Assembly: GCA_965200315.1 (NCBI GenBank) | Contig: OZ241362.1 | Location: 1,920,001 to 1,984,000 of the forward strand | DNA: 64,000 nt | Origin: Candidatus Latescibacterota bacterium | Lineage (GTDB): Bacteria; Latescibacterota; UBA2968; UBA8231 | Reading direction: 5' to 3' | Position numbers and translations under genes: made by a program | Part shown: one piece after another, positions 60,582 to 64,000 of the stretch | Layout of the letters: each line of letters begins with the position of its first letter | Numbering within the stretch: position 1 is the stretch's first letter | Notes under the pieces: generated by a model | Databases searched by the model: none | What the model saw: only the letters and a program-made list of their open reading frames with translations | Told to the model about the DNA's origin: nothing

Positions 60582-61817
60582 TCACCAACTCGATGCGTCT
60601 CCGTGCAGTCGGTCGGGCAATCGGTAACTGATCTCCTCTCCATCAAGTATAGTTATGTCGAGCAGGGTCATGAAGTTTTGGGTACGCCGCTTAGGGACCG
60701 GAAGGGCCTCAAGGACCTCTTGGATTCTGCGCTTCATCCGCAAAAATGCCAGCGTTCCGCTCGTCCGACCTTTTGGGAACATGAGTTGGTCGGCGAGCTC
60801 GTCTCCGATCAACGCTCGCGAAAGGCGGTATCCAAAGCTGGTCAGGGACTTGCGCTTGCCCCGGTCGTCAATGCCGATCACTAAGGGGGCCGAGTTAATC
60901 ACCGAGTTGGCCATGGCTATGGCTTCCACACCGAGGGGCGGCTCGCAGATATAGCCCACGCGGAATAGCTCACAGGCTTCGGTCTCGTTGCGGAATAGCA
61001 GCGCGTCGGGCACCCCCATCAAATGAGCGGTGTAGCGCCAGATTTGCATGAAACTGGCGCGATCTTCATCGTTTAGACGCGCTCCTATCCTCGCGGCTGA
61101 CCGCAGCAGCATCGCGGAAAAGTTGCAGGACGCAAGTGCGATATGGGCCGCACTAAGCGGCACTCCGTGGGCTTTTTGGTCCCACTCTTCAGTCAAGAGA
61201 AGCTGTCGCCTGATCCGCGCATGTATCAGCCGGAGGCGGACGGATAGTTTCCAGCCCTCGCCCTGCCGCTTCAAGCCACCCGGCAACGTAATATCTAAGA
61301 GGTGCCGGATATTCTGCCTCAGCCGCCGCACACCCCGATCGGTCAGCCTCCCGGTGATGAAGAACGATTGGCTGATTAGCGTCGAGAACCCCCGGACGAT
61401 AACATCGGTGACAAACGCTGTGAGAAACAGGTCCGAATAGGCATGGAAGGCGTGGCATCCGGGATATACTGACTGCGGGTCGAACCACTCAGGCGGCGTC
61501 TCAATCCGCTCAAAGAACTCCCTCACCACCTGCGGCGCAGTACGCAGTGCCTCTTCGTCCTGCTCCATCCCTGCCCTGATGAACTCGCCCTGTTGCTCTT
61601 GATCGAAGGAAAATAGTTCATTGGCCAAGGCATCGGCTTCAGGATCGCCGAGGAGCGTGTGCTCGACAAACCTAGTAGCAAGCTCAGGGTCGGATGTGCG
61701 GGCCTTTTCGTACCCGGGCTGATATGCAACTGGTATATTATTGATAATTAGGCTAAATCCTCGTTTGTACAGCCATCCTGAATGACTTGTAATCATGACA
61801 AAGCCGGCAAGCACCAT
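60582..61817 (-). CDS. Oxygenase MpaB / Lcp (rubber oxygenase, DUF2236)-like protein
   Basis: GDPEADAL, PPEWFD, TGRL, RRLRQN, RLRLIHARIRR, WD..AHGVPL, WRYTAHLMGVP. The true start is uncertain (possibly ~61745). Confidence 0.85.
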   Translation of the reverse strand: MVLAGFVMITSHSGWLYKRGFSLIINNIPVAYQPGYEKARTSDPELATRFVEHTLLGDPEADALANELFSFDQEQQGEFIRAGMEQDEEALRTAPQVVREFFERIETPPEWFDPQSVYPGCHAFHAYSDLFLTAFVTDVIVRGFSTLISQSFFITGRLTDRGVRRLRQNIRHLLDITLPGGLKRQGEGWKLSVRLRLIHARIRRQLLLTEEWDQKAHGVPLSAAHIALASCNFSAMLLRSAARIGARLNDEDRASFMQIWRYTAHLMGVPDALLFRNETEACELFRVGYICEPPLGVEAIAMANSVINSAPLVIGIDDRGKRKSLTSFGYRLSRALIGDELADQLMFPKGRTSGTLAFLRMKRRIQEVLEALPVPKRRTQNFMTLLDITILDGEEISYRLPDRLHGDASSW

Positions 61818-61878
61818 TTTCTGCCATGCTTAACGTCAACGTCAGTTTAATCAATATATACTATGGCAATAATGCACT

Positions 61879-63162
61879 CTACTCCCGCACGAACTTCGGC
61901 CGGCCGCAGCCATCGTTGACTACGTGGCTGCGCACTGGAATCTCCGCTTGGTCGGGAATGACTAATTCGAGCGGCGAGTCATTTTCAATGACAGTGCCAG
62001 CCCCCACGCGCACCCCAGCCCCCAATTTAATCGCTCCGGGCCGCACAGTCCTCGCGATGATCGTGCCGATAGATACCGACACGCCAATCCGGCAATCTGG
62101 GCCAATCTCGACGATGCCATTGATTTCGGTGTTGGCTCCAATCGCCGTGCGGTCGCCCACCTGCACGGGACCAAAAATCCCGGCGTCCGTGCCGATAAAC
62201 ACGTAGTCGCCAATGATGGGATGGCGCTGCTGCACCTTGCCGCTGAGGCCGCCCAAAGTACACGGGTAGAGGTGGCACCCGCTGCCGATGATACCCGTTT
62301 GTCCGGTAGTTGTGCCGCGATGGGGATGGTCGAGGAAGTTGGCATCGCCGATCTGCGTTTCGGGGTGGATATCCGCCTGGTAGTAGCGCCCTCCCAACTC
62401 GGAAATGGCCCGCGGCAGCAAGGGCACCGGCCGCCGCGGCAGCCCGGGTTCGCCCGCCACCTCACCACAGCGCGTTAGGGCGTGGGCAATATCGTGGTAG
62501 AACAGCACCCGCCACCCCGGATAGGTGCTCATCACGAGCTGCATCTGATAGTCGAAAATGAAGTCGCACTCCAGCGCGTTGAGAAAGCGGCGATAGTGGT
62601 CGAAGTCTCGGCGGCGAATAGTCTCTTCTAAGGCGGCCCGGAAGTCGGTCTTGAGTAGCTGCTCCTGAGTCAATCCGCAATTGTCGAGCAAATAGGCGTC
62701 CCAAACGGCCGGATCCCTAAGCGCGGCAAAGCGGTTCCAGTGAGCACGCACCTTGTAGGAGGGCAACTCCCACAGCAAGCAGATGGTGTTCATCAGGGCC
62801 TTCTCTTCAGCCCCCTCACTCTCACCAGCCGCCAACAGCGACTGCGCGATCATCGCGTAGAGCTGGTCGGCAATTTCGCCGATGGCCTCGTCGAGCGACG
62901 GCTTTTGGTGCCCTGGCCCCAAGGCATTGTGCGAGCCCGGGGCGACGCATTCGAGCAAGTTGCCCAAAACCGTTTCCAGCAGGTCGCGATTGACAAACCC
63001 GCGCCCGGAGCGCTGCGAGAGAATGTCGCGGTCGACCGAGTCAATGCGGAGCGCGGCGACCTCCTCTGCTGTGTAGAGCGGCACCAGCCTCCCTAGCAGC
63101 CTCTCTAGCAACGCCCACTTGCGGCGCTGATACGAAGTGTCAAAAAGCGTGGAATTGTTCAT
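61879..63162 (-). CDS. Serine O-acetyltransferase-like hexapeptide-repeat protein with long N-terminal extension
   Basis: YPG..VLFYHDIAHAL, ADIHPETQIG..FLDH..GTTTGQT.IIG, TLGG...RHPIIGD.VFIG. Confidence 0.75.
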   Translation of the reverse strand: MNNSTLFDTSYQRRKWALLERLLGRLVPLYTAEEVAALRIDSVDRDILSQRSGRGFVNRDLLETVLGNLLECVAPGSHNALGPGHQKPSLDEAIGEIADQLYAMIAQSLLAAGESEGAEEKALMNTICLLWELPSYKVRAHWNRFAALRDPAVWDAYLLDNCGLTQEQLLKTDFRAALEETIRRRDFDHYRRFLNALECDFIFDYQMQLVMSTYPGWRVLFYHDIAHALTRCGEVAGEPGLPRRPVPLLPRAISELGGRYYQADIHPETQIGDANFLDHPHRGTTTGQTGIIGSGCHLYPCTLGGLSGKVQQRHPIIGDYVFIGTDAGIFGPVQVGDRTAIGANTEINGIVEIGPDCRIGVSVSIGTIIARTVRPGAIKLGAGVRVGAGTVIENDSPLELVIPDQAEIPVRSHVVNDGCGRPKFVRE

Positions 63163-63257
63163 CGGTTGCTCCCCATTCTGCCTCCGCATAACTTTTAACG
63201 AAACTTACAGAACGTACGCCGGGTTGCAACCCGGCTTCACTCTTGCCGGGAGAAATC

Positions 63258-64000
63258 ATGCACCCATTTGAATCGCTGGCAGTACGCGGAGGCGCGGTTG
63301 GCATCCACTGGTTTGGCCAGAGCACATTTGGCCTCAAGGACGCGCAGGGAACCATCGTCCAAGTCGATCCCTACTACCCTCACGAACGACCATCTGACCG
63401 CTTCATCCACGCCCGCCCCCCGCTGCACGAAGCGTCGCTGCACACGGATTTTGTGCTCCTGACCCACGACCACGGCGACCACACTTGCACCGAGTCCATT
63501 GCACGCATTGCCGCGGCCTATCCAGCCGTGCAGATCGTCGGCCCGGCCGAGAGCATCCAGCGCGTCCGCGACGCGGGCATTGCGGCCGCAGCAACAACGG
63601 TCGCCGCTGGTGACGCAGCCAAACTGGGCACCATGACGGCCCACGCCGTGTACGCCAAGCCCCCGCAGGGCCTGCCCAGCGACGACATCGCCCCGCCCGA
63701 CGTGACTCACCTCGGCTACGTGGTGGAAGCCAGCGGCGTACGCGTGTACATCTCTGGCGACCCGGTCAACACGTTTGCCGAGCACGAATCATTGCTCGCG
63801 CCCATCCGCGACCTCGCGCCCGACATCGGGCTGTTGACCAATCACCCCAGCGAAGGGGAATTTCCCTTCTTTGCCGGCTCGGCCAAGATGGCCTCGGCAC
63901 TCGGCCTCAAGGCTGCCGTACCGGCCCATTACGCCTGCTTTGTCACCCGAAATTACGATCCCCAAGAATGGGCGGCTGGGTTACAGGGCGTCGAGCCGCT
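63258..64000 (+). CDS. MBL-fold metallo-hydrolase (UlaG-like), truncated by the window end
   Basis: GGGAG RBS, ATG 63258; HWFGQSTF, VDPY, THDHGDH, YISGD, VPAHY. Confidence 0.88.
   Translation, partial: MHPFESLAVRGGAVGIHWFGQSTFGLKDAQGTIVQVDPYYPHERPSDRFIHARPPLHEASLHTDFVLLTHDHGDHTCTESIARIAAAYPAVQIVGPAESIQRVRDAGIAAAATTVAAGDAAKLGTMTAHAVYAKPPQGLPSDDIAPPDVTHLGYVVEASGVRVYISGDPVNTFAEHESLLAPIRDLAPDIGLLTNHPSEGEFPFFAGSAKMASALGLKAAVPAHYACFVTRNYDPQEWAAGLQGVEP

Overview
GC-rich bacterial DNA. The gene repertoire (TonB receptor with a secreted partner, two large DUF6785/DUF6784-type membrane proteins, Gfo/Idh/MocA oxidoreductases, sulfatase, PhyH dioxygenase, several TA modules, an MpaB/Lcp-oxygenase-MMPL cluster) resembles Latescibacterota/Gemmatimonadota-like, possibly sponge-associated, genomes; that assignment is inference only. 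A Dpp/Opp-type ABC operon on the minus strand (permeases and ATPases at 39.8-43.7 kb; binding protein, GH2-like enzyme and sulfatase at 19.4-24.9 kb) is split by a ~15 kb defence island. The island holds an Rpn nuclease with a probable intragenic small ORF plus a duplicated copy of it. It also holds a DISARM-like trio (DEAD-box/DUF1998/DUF559 helicase, SNF2 helicase, type IIG-like N6-adenine methyltransferase) bracketed by a 223-bp direct repeat. The main finding is inside the methyltransferase gene. A perfect (GATCC)20 tract is followed by three homologous ~36-codon variants of a putative target-recognition segment, each in a different reading frame, and then by an internal RBS+ATG for the constant C-terminal part. 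Repeat number mod 3 would select which variant is translated, which suggests a recombinase-free three-way specificity switch. Other items: an ECF sigma factor fused to a beta-clamp-like domain, several pseudogenes or frameshifts, and REP-like palindromes. No rRNA, tRNA, CRISPR array or integrase was recognised.
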